Virus record (IMG/VR): IMGVR_UViG_3300034414_000011
Location: 1 to 59,697 of that record
Length of the DNA: 59,697 nucleotides
Direction: 5' to 3' (one strand)
Source: a virus
Taxonomy: Duplodnaviria > Caudoviricetes
Under the pieces are notes generated by a model that saw only the letters and a list, made by a program, of their open reading frames with translations, did not search any database and had not been told where the DNA came from. Positions 44,147-54,109 of the stretch are shown piece after piece. The position numbers were made by a program, and so were the translations under genes. Each line of letters begins with the position of its first letter. Within the stretch, counting starts at the first letter, position 1.

Positions 44147-44613
44147 CAGGCATGACTGATTTTGCAAAGAAGACCTTGGAGGCGATTCGGACTTTCGGAC
44201 CAATCGGCAATAGTGAGTTGGTGGAGTTATTGGCCGAAGAGTTGAAAGACAACAAGGAGGGCAACGCAAGGGCTCAAAAAATATCTGCGGCTTGCAAGAA
44301 ACTCATCAAGCTCAACCTTGTGGTGAGGGAGTCAAAGAAATACTTTGCGGTAACTATGCCAAGACTGAACCCAACTCCACCTCGAACTGCCGTGACGGAC
44401 GACACCCAGGAACAGCCGACCGTAATAGTCAATGGCGTCCGCTATATCCCCGAACCGCCACCGGCACCACCACGACCAATAGGATTCAAGACCTACCTTC
44501 GCCGCCTATCGTCAGTGGACACCGTTGCGGGAAATCATATCGAGTTAACGGTCGAGGCTTTCGAGCACGATCTTAAACCAGGGCAGAATATAACCATTTT
44601 AATCAACGAGTAA
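44143..44613 (+). CDS. Hypothetical protein with winged-helix-like N-terminus
   Basis: ATGA coupling. Confidence 0.55.
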   Translation: MTGMTDFAKKTLEAIRTFGPIGNSELVELLAEELKDNKEGNARAQKISAACKKLIKLNLVVRESKKYFAVTMPRLNPTPPRTAVTDDTQEQPTVIVNGVRYIPEPPPAPPRPIGFKTYLRRLSSVDTVAGNHIELTVEAFEHDLKPGQNITILINE

Positions 44614-44628
44614 AAGGAGAATCAACAC

Positions 44629-45561
44629 ATGGCAAACGTAGGAACACAAGCATCGGTAACAAAGAAACTGGCGGCAGGACAGAGCGGAGCAGGGTCAAAC
44701 GTCCCGGCACAGAAACCGAAAACCTTGGCAGATCAGATCAATGCTATGGTCCCACAACTGGCGAGAGCGGCAGGGAACAACATTGACCCTGATAAAATGG
44801 CGCGTCTGGCGTTAACGGAGATCAGAAAGACGCCTCTCCTGGCGCAGTCAACTCCCGAGTCTTTCCTGGGCGCTCTCATGACCGCAACACAACTTGGCCT
44901 TGAGCTTGGCCCAACTGGTCACGCATACCTTCTCCCTTTCAAGAATAAGGGTGTCGTGGAGACACAGTTCATTATTGGATACAAGGGTATGCTCGACATG
45001 GTGCGCCGGTCCAATGAGGTTGTTGGTGTGCCTAAAGCTCGTCTTGTCTACGAGAACGATCTGTTCAACCTTGAGTTCACCAACGATGGTGACAAGTATT
45101 CCCATACACCGTGGTACATGCGGAAGGACGAGAAGTTTACTGAACCCGGCAAGCCGATCATGGGCTATCTGTTTGTTCAGTATCGTGATGGTGGGAGTGA
45201 CGTTTTCCCAATGTCCATGCACGAAATACTCAAACACAAGGACCGGAGCAAAGCGAAGGACTTCGGACCTTGGGTCACAGACTTCGAGGCGATGTGTAAG
45301 AAGACCATTGTACGCGCTAACTTTGCATATCTTCCCATGTCGGTTGACGATCAGCGGATTGTCAGCGAGCAGGACGGAGCGGTGGCAAGGCTCAACCTTG
45401 GTGCCGCAGAGAACGGAAGTATTGATGTTGAGTTCTCCCAGGTGCCCGATACCGGGGAAATCCCGTTAACTCCAGAGGAAGTGGCAGAAGTGTCGGCAGG
45501 CCAAGAACCTGAGACAGTGGGCGGTGAGTCTCTTTTTACGCCTGATGAATCAACAAAGTAG
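44629..45561 (+). CDS. recT: RecT single-strand annealing protein
   Basis: S.LGALM..TQLGLE, AYLLPF, QFIIGYKG, PW.TDFEAM.KKT. Confidence 0.93.
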   Translation: MANVGTQASVTKKLAAGQSGAGSNVPAQKPKTLADQINAMVPQLARAAGNNIDPDKMARLALTEIRKTPLLAQSTPESFLGALMTATQLGLELGPTGHAYLLPFKNKGVVETQFIIGYKGMLDMVRRSNEVVGVPKARLVYENDLFNLEFTNDGDKYSHTPWYMRKDEKFTEPGKPIMGYLFVQYRDGGSDVFPMSMHEILKHKDRSKAKDFGPWVTDFEAMCKKTIVRANFAYLPMSVDDQRIVSEQDGAVARLNLGAAENGSIDVEFSQVPDTGEIPLTPEEVAEVSAGQEPETVGGESLFTPDESTK

Positions 45562-45745
45562 AATTTAAACAACAACCAAGTTTGCCCCCCGGTGCCAGAG
45601 TGATTATATTTTGTGTGACAACAAATAAAAAATCCAATAGTCAAAACCTGCAATAGATAGCAGGCGGCTTTCTGGCAGGCCCATGAAAGGAAAGATCCTC
45701 CGACCGGGGGGCGTTTTTTAATTCACAGAAAGTAGAGTTAACGCA

Positions 45746-46153
45746 ATGGCAACATTAGGTGCGCGTGTCAGTGATGAGTTTTACGACAAGGTGAGCAAGG
45801 CCGCGTCATTGGCCGGGCTCAAGGTCTCCAAGTTTATAGAGGAAGCGGTTTCCTACCGGGTCACGCATGGCCCGCCACAAGACCCTGACCAGAAGGTGAT
45901 GGATTTCAGAAAAGCACCGGGCGACACATCCAAGAACCGGGAAATTGTCCACGACCTTCTTCTTGCCGAGGGTCCAGCTACCAAGTTCGAGTTAGCCGCA
46001 AAGCTCAAGTGGGATGAGCATTGGGTTTCGCCCAGGTTAACGGAGTTGAAGAGGGACGGGAAGATCATTATGTCCGGCACAAAGATCAATCCGAACTCAG
46101 GGAAACCCTGCCATGTATGGCAAGCCAAAAAGGAGGTCAATCTGGATGGGTAA
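45746..46153 (+). CDS. DNA-binding protein (RHH plus winged helix)
   Basis: LGARVSDE..KV...A RHH; T..ELA..L......VSPRLTEL...G.I wHTH. Confidence 0.65.
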   Translation: MATLGARVSDEFYDKVSKAASLAGLKVSKFIEEAVSYRVTHGPPQDPDQKVMDFRKAPGDTSKNREIVHDLLLAEGPATKFELAAKLKWDEHWVSPRLTELKRDGKIIMSGTKINPNSGKPCHVWQAKKEVNLDG

Positions 46154-46490
46154 AGAGAAGGTTGACGACATGCTGTGGGAGGCGCGAGGGGCAATCAGCA
46201 AGGCGATCAGAAGTGACAAGTGGGTCAATTCGATATTCAAAGAGGCGGACCAAAGAGGTCTCAATGGTGACAGCCGGTTCGTTGTCATGTGCGCGAGGTT
46301 AATCCTGGAGCGAAGAAGGTTGATCGAGGACCGGGATATTTACGCCCAATCGGTAGCGGACTTGTCACGATTGCTGGCGTTAATGCAGAAGCAAAACACA
46401 ACCTGGACCGTCAGGTTTATCAACAGAATGAGAGAGAGGTTTTATCAATGGCACGAACGCATAATGTTTTTTTTAAGGGGCGCTTGGTAA
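46146..46490 (+). CDS. Hypothetical protein
   Basis: GGAGG RBS. Confidence 0.55.
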   Translation: MGKEKVDDMLWEARGAISKAIRSDKWVNSIFKEADQRGLNGDSRFVVMCARLILERRRLIEDRDIYAQSVADLSRLLALMQKQNTTWTVRFINRMRERFYQWHERIMFFLRGAW

Positions 46491-46813
46491 AAGACCCGAC
46501 ACTGGATACCACGCGGGGAGGAAAGGCAACGTGTGAGTTCCGCGTAGCAAGGTCGAAGGGACCGGATAAGCCAGCAGTATTTATGAGTTGCAAGGCATGG
46601 GAAGACTTGGCCGAGCATATCGCAGAGAACTACAAGAAGGGTGACATGATCCTGGTCAGGGAAGCCACCTACGAGACCAGGGTGGTACCGGGAGAGGGCA
46701 AGAAGACCACGGAATACCCTTTCTTTACCGTCTACGAAATAGGTGAGGACGATGGAGCCGTGGGCAACAGTGATACCGGCGCGGGGAGCCCTGATGACGA
46801 TGTGCCGTACTGA
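46448..46813 (+). CDS. ssb: Single-stranded DNA-binding protein
   Basis: N.VFFKGRLVKDP, C.AW..LAE, acidic tail DDDVPY. Confidence 0.88.
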   Translation: MARTHNVFFKGRLVKDPTLDTTRGGKATCEFRVARSKGPDKPAVFMSCKAWEDLAEHIAENYKKGDMILVREATYETRVVPGEGKKTTEYPFFTVYEIGEDDGAVGNSDTGAGSPDDDVPY

Positions 46814-47180
46814 GTCTGATTACCGGACAATCACTTGTGGACTAACCTATGACCAGATTGTAGCAGTTGCTATCTCTGCCCCGAACAAACGCGCGGCGGC
46901 AAAGAAGTTGGGCGTAGGAGAAGATCATTTCCGCCGTGTCGTCAAGAATTTGGGTATGGGGCATTGGTTCTCTAACAAGAAAACTGGTCGGTCTATCTGT
47001 CTTACAAAAGATGACATCGTTCAACTTGCAAAAGATGGGTACAACATGAAAGACGCGGCCTTTGTGGCTGGAGTTAACTACTCCTATTTCAAGAAATTGG
47101 TAGCCGATTATGGCGTGAATGACAGCTTCCCTACCAGTGGGAAAGCGAGCTGGATTTCTCGTAGAGGATATGCGGCATAA
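46794..47180 (+). CDS. Double-HTH DNA-binding protein
   Basis: NKRAAAKKLGV and NMKDAAFVAGV HTH-like segments. Confidence 0.55.
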   Translation: MTMCRTESDYRTITCGLTYDQIVAVAISAPNKRAAAKKLGVGEDHFRRVVKNLGMGHWFSNKKTGRSICLTKDDIVQLAKDGYNMKDAAFVAGVNYSYFKKLVADYGVNDSFPTSGKASWISRRGYAA

Positions 47181-47242
47181 CGCACCCCCCGGTGTAGCAT
47201 TATGGTGTTGCACCGGGGAATCAACCTATAAGGATAAGTGCA

Positions 47243-47542
47243 ATGAAGATATTGGAAAAGAAGGTCAAAGAGTGGTGCGACAGTGAGTTCCCAAGAGACC
47301 TACCGGGTAGGATCAGAAAATTGGGCGAGGAATTTGGGGAGTTGAGCGAGGCAATGGTGAGGGGCCAAAAGAAGGAGATTATAGCCGAAGCTGGAGACTG
47401 TGGGCTTGTTCTTATGGATATATGTAACCTTTTGGGGGCCAGCTTTTCAGCTTCAATGGAGACCAATATGTTTATCAAGCAGGCTCTTAAACAAAGGGAG
47501 GAACAGGTACTTGTCAAAAAGAGAAAAGGAGCCAGGCAATGA
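47243..47542 (+). CDS. MazG-like NTP pyrophosphohydrolase
   Basis: KLGEEFGEL.EA...EAGD motif. Confidence 0.75.
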   Translation: MKILEKKVKEWCDSEFPRDLPGRIRKLGEEFGELSEAMVRGQKKEIIAEAGDCGLVLMDICNLLGASFSASMETNMFIKQALKQREEQVLVKKRKGARQ

Positions 47543-47724
47543 CCCCTAAAAATCTCAAAACCTCATCAAATCTTGACAAGCAAGCTCGGAAACCAGAGGT
47601 CAGATACACCGTCATATCTTGTCGCGTTAACGCAGACGAAGCGGAGAGAATCAGACAGGCAATTCCCAAGGGAACCACCATTGATAAATGGGTCAGAGAT
47701 GCTTTGTTAACAATGGCTGGCTAG
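47539..47724 (+). CDS. Small RHH DNA-binding protein
   Basis: VISCRVNADE..RI.....T...WVRDAL. Confidence 0.6.
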   Translation: MTPKNLKTSSNLDKQARKPEVRYTVISCRVNADEAERIRQAIPKGTTIDKWVRDALLTMAG

Positions 47725-47743
47725 GATTTCCGGGGGTGTTGAA

Positions 47744-48547
47744 ATGGCTGACGGGTGGGTGAAACTTCACAGACAGATTGTCACAAACGATCTGTGGTTA
47801 TCGGAGCCGTTCACAAGGGCGCAAGCATGGGTGGATCTTATCCTGCTTGCTAATCATGGCAATGGGGTTGTTCGGCGCAGAGGTATCAAAATAAACGTGC
47901 AACGCGGTCAAGTTGGTGTGTCACAAGATTCTTTAGCTGAAAGGTGGAGATGGAGCAAAAACAAAGTACGACGCTTCTTGAAAGAGCTAATAAGTGATGG
48001 ACAAATTAGCCTTGAAACGGAACTGAAAAATATTGCCGTAAGTACCCTGATTACAATAACAAATTATGAGTTTTACCAAGGAAGCGAAACCGAAGACGAA
48101 ACCGAAGAAAAACCGAAGATTAAACTGAAAACGGCACTAGAACAAGAAGAAGAAGAAAAAGAAGAAGAAAAAGAAGTAAAAACCTCTTCTCCATCTGGCG
48201 ATGAAGCGGGCGGGAAATTTTACCTGACGAGGAAAAAGAAGAAGCTGGCAGGTAAGAGGCTTGAAACCTTTGAGCGGTTCTGGATAGCGTTCGGGTACAA
48301 GTCGGGGAAAGCAGAAGCGGCAGACGCCTGGCTTGAGATACCGACACTGACCGATGCCATTGTCGAGCAGATCGTGTCGGCGGCGAAGGCAGAGTGCGAG
48401 AGACGCCCTGACTTGATCGCCAATGGCAAGACTCCGAAGATGGCGCAGGGATGGTTGAGTGGCAGGAGATGGGAAGATGAAGAAGCATCAGGAATAGAGC
48501 AGAACAAGGGAACATGGAAAACCGGAATCTTTGCGGGGGTGGTTTGA
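47744..48547 (+). CDS. Replication initiator (replisome organiser)
   Basis: GWVKLHR N-terminus; FERFW..F..K.GK..A...W and WL...RWEDE C-terminus; internal repeats. Confidence 0.82.
   Translation: MADGWVKLHRQIVTNDLWLSEPFTRAQAWVDLILLANHGNGVVRRRGIKINVQRGQVGVSQDSLAERWRWSKNKVRRFLKELISDGQISLETELKNIAVSTLITITNYEFYQGSETEDETEEKPKIKLKTALEQEEEEKEEEKEVKTSSPSGDEAGGKFYLTRKKKKLAGKRLETFERFWIAFGYKSGKAEAADAWLEIPTLTDAIVEQIVSAAKAECERRPDLIANGKTPKMAQGWLSGRRWEDEEASGIEQNKGTWKTGIFAGVV
48086..48183. repeat. Probable replication origin (iteron-like repeats plus A-rich tract)
   Basis: Three AAACCGAAG copies at ~12-nt spacing followed by a GAAGAAGAAAAA tract inside the initiator gene. Confidence 0.5.
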
Positions 48548-50454
48548 TGGGAACGATGAGCGTAGGTGAGATTGTGCAGATGATGAAGGATCGGGCCGAG
48601 GAAATAGCCAGACACCTTTTGCCAAACGGCAGACTGCATGGCCGCGAGTGGACGGTGGGTTCCATAGGTGGCGAGGCTGGACAGTCGTGTAAGGTCTGTG
48701 TCACCGGAGCCAAGATCGGAGTGTGGAGCGACTTTGCATCAGGCCAATCGGGAGACCTTCTCGATTTGTGGCGGATTGTCAAAGGGTATGACGCCAACAA
48801 GGACGCATTGGCAGAGATCAAGCGGTTCCTGGGTATCAAGGAGCCTGAGTTTGTGACGCCAGGGAAAAAGACCTACAGGAAACCGGACCCGCCGAAGGAT
48901 GCAACCAAGGCGAAAGAGGGGTCGGCGGTGATGAAGTATCTGGTCGAAGAGCGGAAGTTAACACCGGAAGCTATCGCCCTTTACCGGATTGGAGAGGTGG
49001 GGAAGGTTGGCCCATGGGAATCGTGGAAGCGGCAGGAAGCGGCAAAGGGTCCGTGGATTGTCTTTCCGTTCTTCCGTGACAAGGAGTTGTTTGGAGTGAA
49101 ATATCTCCATCTCCAGAGGAAAGAAGGCAAGAAGTTCACCCTGGTTGAGCCGGGATGCGAGCCTACCTGTTTCGGGTGGCATGCGATAGACCCTGCTTCG
49201 AGGGAAATCACGATATGCGAGGGGGAAATTGATGCAGTTTCTTTATCCGTTTATGGGCGTAAGTCCGTGTCTGTACCATTTGGCGGCGGTAAGGGTGACA
49301 AGCAACAATGGGTCGATACCGATTGGGAGCATCTGGAAGCATACGAGACAATTTATCTCTGTCTCGACGCAGATGCGGAGGGACAAGCGGCTACCGAAGA
49401 ACTCGTCCAAAGGCTCGGTATACACCGATGCAAGATCGTTACGTTACCGCGCAAGGACGCAAACCAGTGCCTCCAAGACGGTGTTAGCAAGGAGGAAATC
49501 GACGCCTGTTTTGCCAACGCAAGAGTTATAGAACCGGAGGAACTGCGACCGGCCAATGCCTACACCGACGAGGTTATCGCGGAGTTTTACCCATCAGGGG
49601 GGAAGTTGCCCGGCTTTGATATGCCATGGGAGAAGGTGCCATTCCGTTTCCTGCGAGGTGAGGTCTCGCTTTATACCGGCGTTAACTCTCACGGAAAGTC
49701 CGTACTTCTGAGCCACGTTGACTTGGCCGCTATCGACCAGGACGAGAAGTGTTGTGTCGCTTCCTTCGAGATGCACCCACGGAAGACGCTCTATCGCAAA
49801 GTGAGACAGGCAACCGGACAGCGGCACCCGTCGCAGGAAACGATAGCTCAGTGCATGGAGTGGATGACCGGTAAGATTTGGCTCTTCCATCTGGTTGGCA
49901 CCGGGAAGGTTGACCGGATCTTTGAGGTCTTTGAGTTCGCGTACCGACGCCATGGTATCAAGCAATTCGTCATCGACAGTCTGATGAAGTGCGGGATAGC
50001 GGAGGATGATTACAAGGCGCAGAAGGCTTTTATCGAAAGGCTTTGCGACTTCGCCGCCAGAACTGGAGCGCATATCCACCTGGTAGCCCACGCGCGGAAG
50101 GGTGACAACGAGTTAACTCCAGTGGGCAAGCTGGATGTCAAGGGTACTGGAGCGATCAGTGACCTTGTTTTCAACTGCTTCTCCGTGTGGAGGAACAAGG
50201 CCAAGGAAGCAATCATGAAGTCGCTTGCCAATGGCGAGCCGGTCGAATTGAAGGGTAAGACCATCGAGCAGATCACGCAAGAGCCGGACGCGGTGCTCCT
50301 TATCGACAAGAGCCGTAACGTGGAGGATGTAGAAGGCAAATACGCAATGTGGTTTGATGGTCCATCGTTGCAATACCTTGAGCGCCAGTACATGACGCCG
50401 AAGGTTTATTTCAAGACGGCACAGATGGAAGAGGACGAAGAGGCACCATTCTAG
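48547..50454 (+). CDS. Primase-helicase (TOPRIM plus DnaB/T7 gp4-like SF4)
   Basis: ICEGEIDA, DAD.EGQ, KDANQ; G.NSHGKS, VIDSL, LVAH.RK, KGTG. Confidence 0.92.
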   Translation: MGTMSVGEIVQMMKDRAEEIARHLLPNGRLHGREWTVGSIGGEAGQSCKVCVTGAKIGVWSDFASGQSGDLLDLWRIVKGYDANKDALAEIKRFLGIKEPEFVTPGKKTYRKPDPPKDATKAKEGSAVMKYLVEERKLTPEAIALYRIGEVGKVGPWESWKRQEAAKGPWIVFPFFRDKELFGVKYLHLQRKEGKKFTLVEPGCEPTCFGWHAIDPASREITICEGEIDAVSLSVYGRKSVSVPFGGGKGDKQQWVDTDWEHLEAYETIYLCLDADAEGQAATEELVQRLGIHRCKIVTLPRKDANQCLQDGVSKEEIDACFANARVIEPEELRPANAYTDEVIAEFYPSGGKLPGFDMPWEKVPFRFLRGEVSLYTGVNSHGKSVLLSHVDLAAIDQDEKCCVASFEMHPRKTLYRKVRQATGQRHPSQETIAQCMEWMTGKIWLFHLVGTGKVDRIFEVFEFAYRRHGIKQFVIDSLMKCGIAEDDYKAQKAFIERLCDFAARTGAHIHLVAHARKGDNELTPVGKLDVKGTGAISDLVFNCFSVWRNKAKEAIMKSLANGEPVELKGKTIEQITQEPDAVLLIDKSRNVEDVEGKYAMWFDGPSLQYLERQYMTPKVYFKTAQMEEDEEAPF

Positions 50455-50467
50455 GAGGGAGGAAACA

Positions 50468-50752
50468 ATGGCAACAACAGACAAAAATGGCAGAGAAATA
50501 ATGCCGGGAGACACGCTTAAGGTTTACCATTTCACCGGAGCGCGACGGAAAAAACATTTCATGTATAAATTTGTCAAAAGTGTCCAACCTTTCAAGGGTG
50601 GGGAGTGCTTTGTGATAGACCATTTGAACCTTAAAGAAGGACTATATTTTATGCCTAATGACGGGTTTCAACACGACGAAATAGAAATTGTGCAAGGGTA
50701 TGGCTCAGACGGCACACCATTCGACCAGAGAAAAAGAAAGGGGGGATGTTAA
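50468..50752 (+). CDS. YopX-like hypothetical protein
   Basis: DKNGREI..GD motif; EIEIV.G. Confidence 0.55.
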   Translation: MATTDKNGREIMPGDTLKVYHFTGARRKKHFMYKFVKSVQPFKGGECFVIDHLNLKEGLYFMPNDGFQHDEIEIVQGYGSDGTPFDQRKRKGGC

Positions 50753-50753
50753 C

Positions 50754-51173
50754 ATGGAACAATCAATCTCGTTCCGGTTCCGCAACACCGATACCGGACA
50801 GTGGGACGGCATACCGTTGAGCACTTTCGATGGTTCAACAATCGGTGAGGTCGTGAAGCTGTGCGAAGGTAAGGAGGTTGTGGCCGAGGTTATCCAGGTG
50901 CTCGACGATGGCCGCGAATGGAAGGGCTATCTCTGTGGTACGACAAAATGGGTGAAGCATTACCAGGAGAAAGGGTTTTCTGCCAAGGGTTTCAAGGAGG
51001 GAGTAGAACTGCTGGAAGGGAAGGGCTCGCCACTGGTAGGTGGGTTATCACCGGGGGCGAGGGAATTATTGTCTGCTGTCGAAGAGACGTTCCCAGGTAC
51101 CCAGGTTGATTCTTTTGCGGTGGAGCCTGCACTTTTCTGGTTGACAACCTTCAGCAAAGTTGATAGAAGTTAA
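50754..51173 (+). CDS. Hypothetical protein
   Basis: ORF in operon. Confidence 0.55.
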   Translation: MEQSISFRFRNTDTGQWDGIPLSTFDGSTIGEVVKLCEGKEVVAEVIQVLDDGREWKGYLCGTTKWVKHYQEKGFSAKGFKEGVELLEGKGSPLVGGLSPGARELLSAVEETFPGTQVDSFAVEPALFWLTTFSKVDRS

Positions 51174-51377
51174 ATCACTTTGTTTGTTGTGGTAATAATG
51201 AAGCACAAAATATGGTGTAAACAGTACCCAACGTGACGCTGGAGACGTTTTGGGGGCCAAGGCTAGGTCAGTTCTATGGGTAGGGCAATCCGAGGGGGTG
51301 ATTTCGCATGAAATAGCAGATTTGGAAATGTGGCTAGAAACAGAAATACGAAACGGACATTCACGGAGGGATAAATC

Positions 51378-51635
51378 ATGGGAAAAGCAGAGTTGGTAAA
51401 GGCAGTCATGGCGGTTGGAATAACGGAGAAGCTCGCAAGGGCGGCTGTTGAGGCAGTCTTTGAAGAGATTTCCGAAGAGGTCAAGCGGGGCGGGGCGGTG
51501 GAGGTCAGGGGTTTTGGCACCTTCTATCTGAAAGAAACTGCGGCGAAGGTGGGGCGCAATCCGGCGACACAGGAGCCTATCAACATCAAGGCGTCGAAGA
51601 GGTTGGCTTTCCGCACCAGGCTCAAGATCGAGTAA
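51378..51635 (+). CDS. HU/IHF-like DNA-binding protein
   Basis: K.ELV, V...GFGTF, GRNPATQE.I.I.A...AF. Confidence 0.93.
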   Translation: MGKAELVKAVMAVGITEKLARAAVEAVFEEISEEVKRGGAVEVRGFGTFYLKETAAKVGRNPATQEPINIKASKRLAFRTRLKIE

Positions 51636-51660
51636 GGTTTGCGTTAACATACAGAAACAG

Positions 51661-51695
51661 AAAAGGCCCGGCGGGATTACTCCTACCGGGCTTTT
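51661..51695. terminator. Bidirectional terminator between convergent operons
   Basis: AAAAGGCCCGG...CCGGGCTTTT. Confidence 0.75.
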
Positions 51696-51698
51696 GCT

Positions 51699-51854
51699 TT
51701 ATGCCGCTTTGCTTCCTCCCAACATCATCAAGCCAGCTTCGATCAGATCGCGGAGACATTCGCTTTCCTTTTGGCCCCGCTCTTCTGCCAATGAACACAC
51801 CTGTTCCATCATTACCTTGTCCACCCTCAAAGTGATTCTCACGTTTTTTATCAT
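51699..51854 (-). CDS. Small RHH (CopG-like) protein
   Basis: RITLRVD.......LA...G..ESE.LRDLI..GL; AAGGAGG RBS. Confidence 0.65.
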   Translation of the reverse strand: MIKNVRITLRVDKVMMEQVCSLAEERGQKESECLRDLIEAGLMMLGGSKAA

Positions 51855-51942
51855 AATCAATCCTCCTTTGCTCCAGCGTAGAATATTGCACCGAACCAGA
51901 TCAGTAAAGCAATTCCTGGGAGTGCGAGTTTTAGGTGTTCCA

Positions 51943-52485
51943 TTAATCTTCCTCCCCTTCCTCGTCATTCGCTTCGTGCCATGCTTCACAAGCCTCGGCG
52001 TTAACTTGTCTTACTGCCTCATGAAATCGCTTGTTCAAAGTGTCGGGAGATAGAACCGTCACATAATGCGGTCCTATCTCTGCGTCGGAACCCTCAACAA
52101 TGGACCCAACCTTGATTGCCCTTATCGGTCCAAGCTCCAACCATGTTTTCGGTGCTTCCTCGTAATAGACTTCACGGTACGTTTCTCTGTCAAGGTGAGG
52201 GTCGTAAACGTATTCACTGGCAACGAACGCAACCCAAGGGCCGCAGTCGGTGTGCTTGTAGATGGACCGGCCCATGTTGTATGGCCCATCATAGTCAGGG
52301 AATATCCGTTTCATCGGGTGGGTAACGTCATGCCCCTCTGCGTAACATTCGGGTCTGCCGATTACTCCACAAGTTTTGCACTCTTCGCAAATGCACATAC
52401 TCACATCGAACCCGCATACTTCGCATGGTCCCTCATCGTCTGGTGGCGTACTCATCCATTGGTCGTGCCTGTCGAAAATGCTCAT
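51943..52485 (-). CDS. Hypothetical Cys-rich early protein
   Basis: AAGGAG RBS; CxxC clusters. Confidence 0.6.
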   Translation of the reverse strand: MSIFDRHDQWMSTPPDDEGPCEVCGFDVSMCICEECKTCGVIGRPECYAEGHDVTHPMKRIFPDYDGPYNMGRSIYKHTDCGPWVAFVASEYVYDPHLDRETYREVYYEEAPKTWLELGPIRAIKVGSIVEGSDAEIGPHYVTVLSPDTLNKRFHEAVRQVNAEACEAWHEANDEEGEED

Positions 52486-52564
52486 GGTGTTAACTCTCCT
52501 TTCTGATAGTGACTGACAACTCAAAGGTGGGCCGGAAGTTTCCCTCCGGCCTTGGTTTCAGTGG

Positions 52565-52840
52565 TCACTCAGTAATACCTAACTCACTCAAGATTTTCGC
52601 CGCTTCACAACATCGGCAACCACAGCCACATTGGTATTTATGTGCGTCCTGGTCGCAGTCGTAGTTGTCACGAATGTTCTTTATGAAAGCCAGCATCTCC
52701 GGTGCCGCCGCGATCAGCTTCGCGTTGTCAATTTCCTTTTGCTCGTTGTCGCACCCGACTGAACCAGTTACCGCAACAACTCCGTCGCTCTCGTCAAGAA
52801 CCGCGATAAATTTTCCCCAAGTACCTGTTTTCCATTTCAT
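52565..52840 (-). CDS. Hypothetical early protein (LIAAAPE family)
   Basis: NAKLIAAAPEML motif. Confidence 0.6.
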   Translation of the reverse strand: MKWKTGTWGKFIAVLDESDGVVAVTGSVGCDNEQKEIDNAKLIAAAPEMLAFIKNIRDNYDCDQDAHKYQCGCGCRCCEAAKILSELGITE

Positions 52841-53139
52841 GACTGCTCTCCTTTCACCTTGGCGATTGCCGCCAGTGCCTTCTCGTATCTCATGTTTTCT
52901 TTTTCTGTGACTCGGTGGTGCTTCATGAAGTGCATGCAAAGTTCAACCACTTCCAGCAACTCCGGTGCGGCGGCGATCAAGTTCGCATCTTCTCGGATAG
53001 CCCCGTTGTGACAGTTGTGAACGGTGGCGACTGGCAACCCCTCTTGCTTCGGCCCACGCGTGTCCGATACTGGCACTATTTCCAGTGTTCCGATACCTAC
53101 GGTTCCGATTTTCCATGGCCCTGCTGTGTGCTTGCTCAT
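52837..53139 (-). CDS. Hypothetical early protein (KHTPGPW / LIAAAPE family)
   Basis: MSKHTAGPW...ANLIAAAPELL. Confidence 0.7.
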   Translation of the reverse strand: MSKHTAGPWKIGTVGIGTLEIVPVSDTRGPKQEGLPVATVHNCHNGAIREDANLIAAAPELLEVVELCMHFMKHHRVTEKENMRYEKALAAIAKVKGEQS

Positions 53140-53140
53140 G

Positions 53141-53413
53141 TTAACGTCCTCCTTTATTTTTCTCTTTGACGCGAAAATAAATATCTGCGTCGTCAATATC
53201 TATCAAGTCTCTGGCTTTTTCTTTCGCCTCGTCCTCATCGCTTGCCCAAACCGTCACAGTCTCATCTAGTGAAATCTCTACTGTAACCGTGTACTCGGTT
53301 TTACCTTCGTTCTCCGCTTCTTGTGCTCGCAACATCTTGATTGCTTTGATCTGGTCAACATCTCCGAAAACAGGTGGACGATTCAATGCCTCTTGAATTT
53401 GGTGTGGCGTCAT
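53141..53413 (-). CDS. Hypothetical early protein
   Basis: V.ASDEDEAKEKA motif; RBS. Confidence 0.6.
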   Translation of the reverse strand: MTPHQIQEALNRPPVFGDVDQIKAIKMLRAQEAENEGKTEYTVTVEISLDETVTVWASDEDEAKEKARDLIDIDDADIYFRVKEKNKGGR

Positions 53414-53484
53414 AGTTCTCCCCCCTCTTGTTGGTTTGACTGCTCAAGAAGCGGGTCAACCGGAGTTAGCCCGCCGATCAGAAG

Positions 53485-53892
53485 TCAAATATTGATAAAC
53501 CCGCCGTTGTGCTTCTTGATAGCTTCGTCGTAAACTCGTTCAACCACTTCCTGTAGTTGGTCGCAGTAAATATCCTCTCTGGTATCCAGTATCTCCCCGA
53601 TGATGCCCTTGCCGCGTTTCTTCGGTGAAGCTAACTGTAAAAGGTAAATGGTGTAGGTGTCAGAACACTCAAGGGATACGATGATGGTCCATTGCTTGCC
53701 CCGCTTGCCGTTGACCTTGAGGGATACCCCAGTGTCATACTCGACAAGGCCGCAGTCTAAAACCTTGCTGTTGCCCCTGCCGTTCTTGCATTGGTAACTG
53801 ACCTGTCGCGTTCCGCAGTATACCGGTGCCCCTCTTAACCCCATGCCGCCCATCTGTGTGATGATCTCTTGAATTACTGTCGGTGTTGCCAT
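53485..53892 (-). CDS. Hypothetical early protein
   Basis: I..QMGG...SDTY...DIYCDQL..V pattern; GGAGG RBS. Confidence 0.65.
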   Translation of the reverse strand: MATPTVIQEIITQMGGMGLRGAPVYCGTRQVSYQCKNGRGNSKVLDCGLVEYDTGVSLKVNGKRGKQWTIIVSLECSDTYTIYLLQLASPKKRGKGIIGEILDTREDIYCDQLQEVVERVYDEAIKKHNGGFINI

Positions 53893-53914
53893 GGTTTATA
53901 CCCTCCTTGTCGCT

Positions 53915-54106
53915 TTATTCGTCCTCACCAAAAAGAAAATCCTCTTCCTCTTGCTTCGTTATAAGTCCAGCCCGTATTGCCTGTTTGCGACACTGACATT
54001 TGAAGCACTTGTAGTTATCGCACTTGCATGACTTGGCGTTTTTCAGCAACTCATCTTCCCTGACTGAATAAAAGCTCGCCCCGACAGTGACTTCGTGGTT
54101 TTTCAT
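53915..54106 (-). CDS. Small Cys-rich hypothetical protein
   Basis: ORF in operon; RBS. Confidence 0.5.
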   Translation of the reverse strand: MKNHEVTVGASFYSVREDELLKNAKSCKCDNYKCFKCQCRKQAIRAGLITKQEEEDFLFGEDE

Positions 54107-54109
54107 GGC

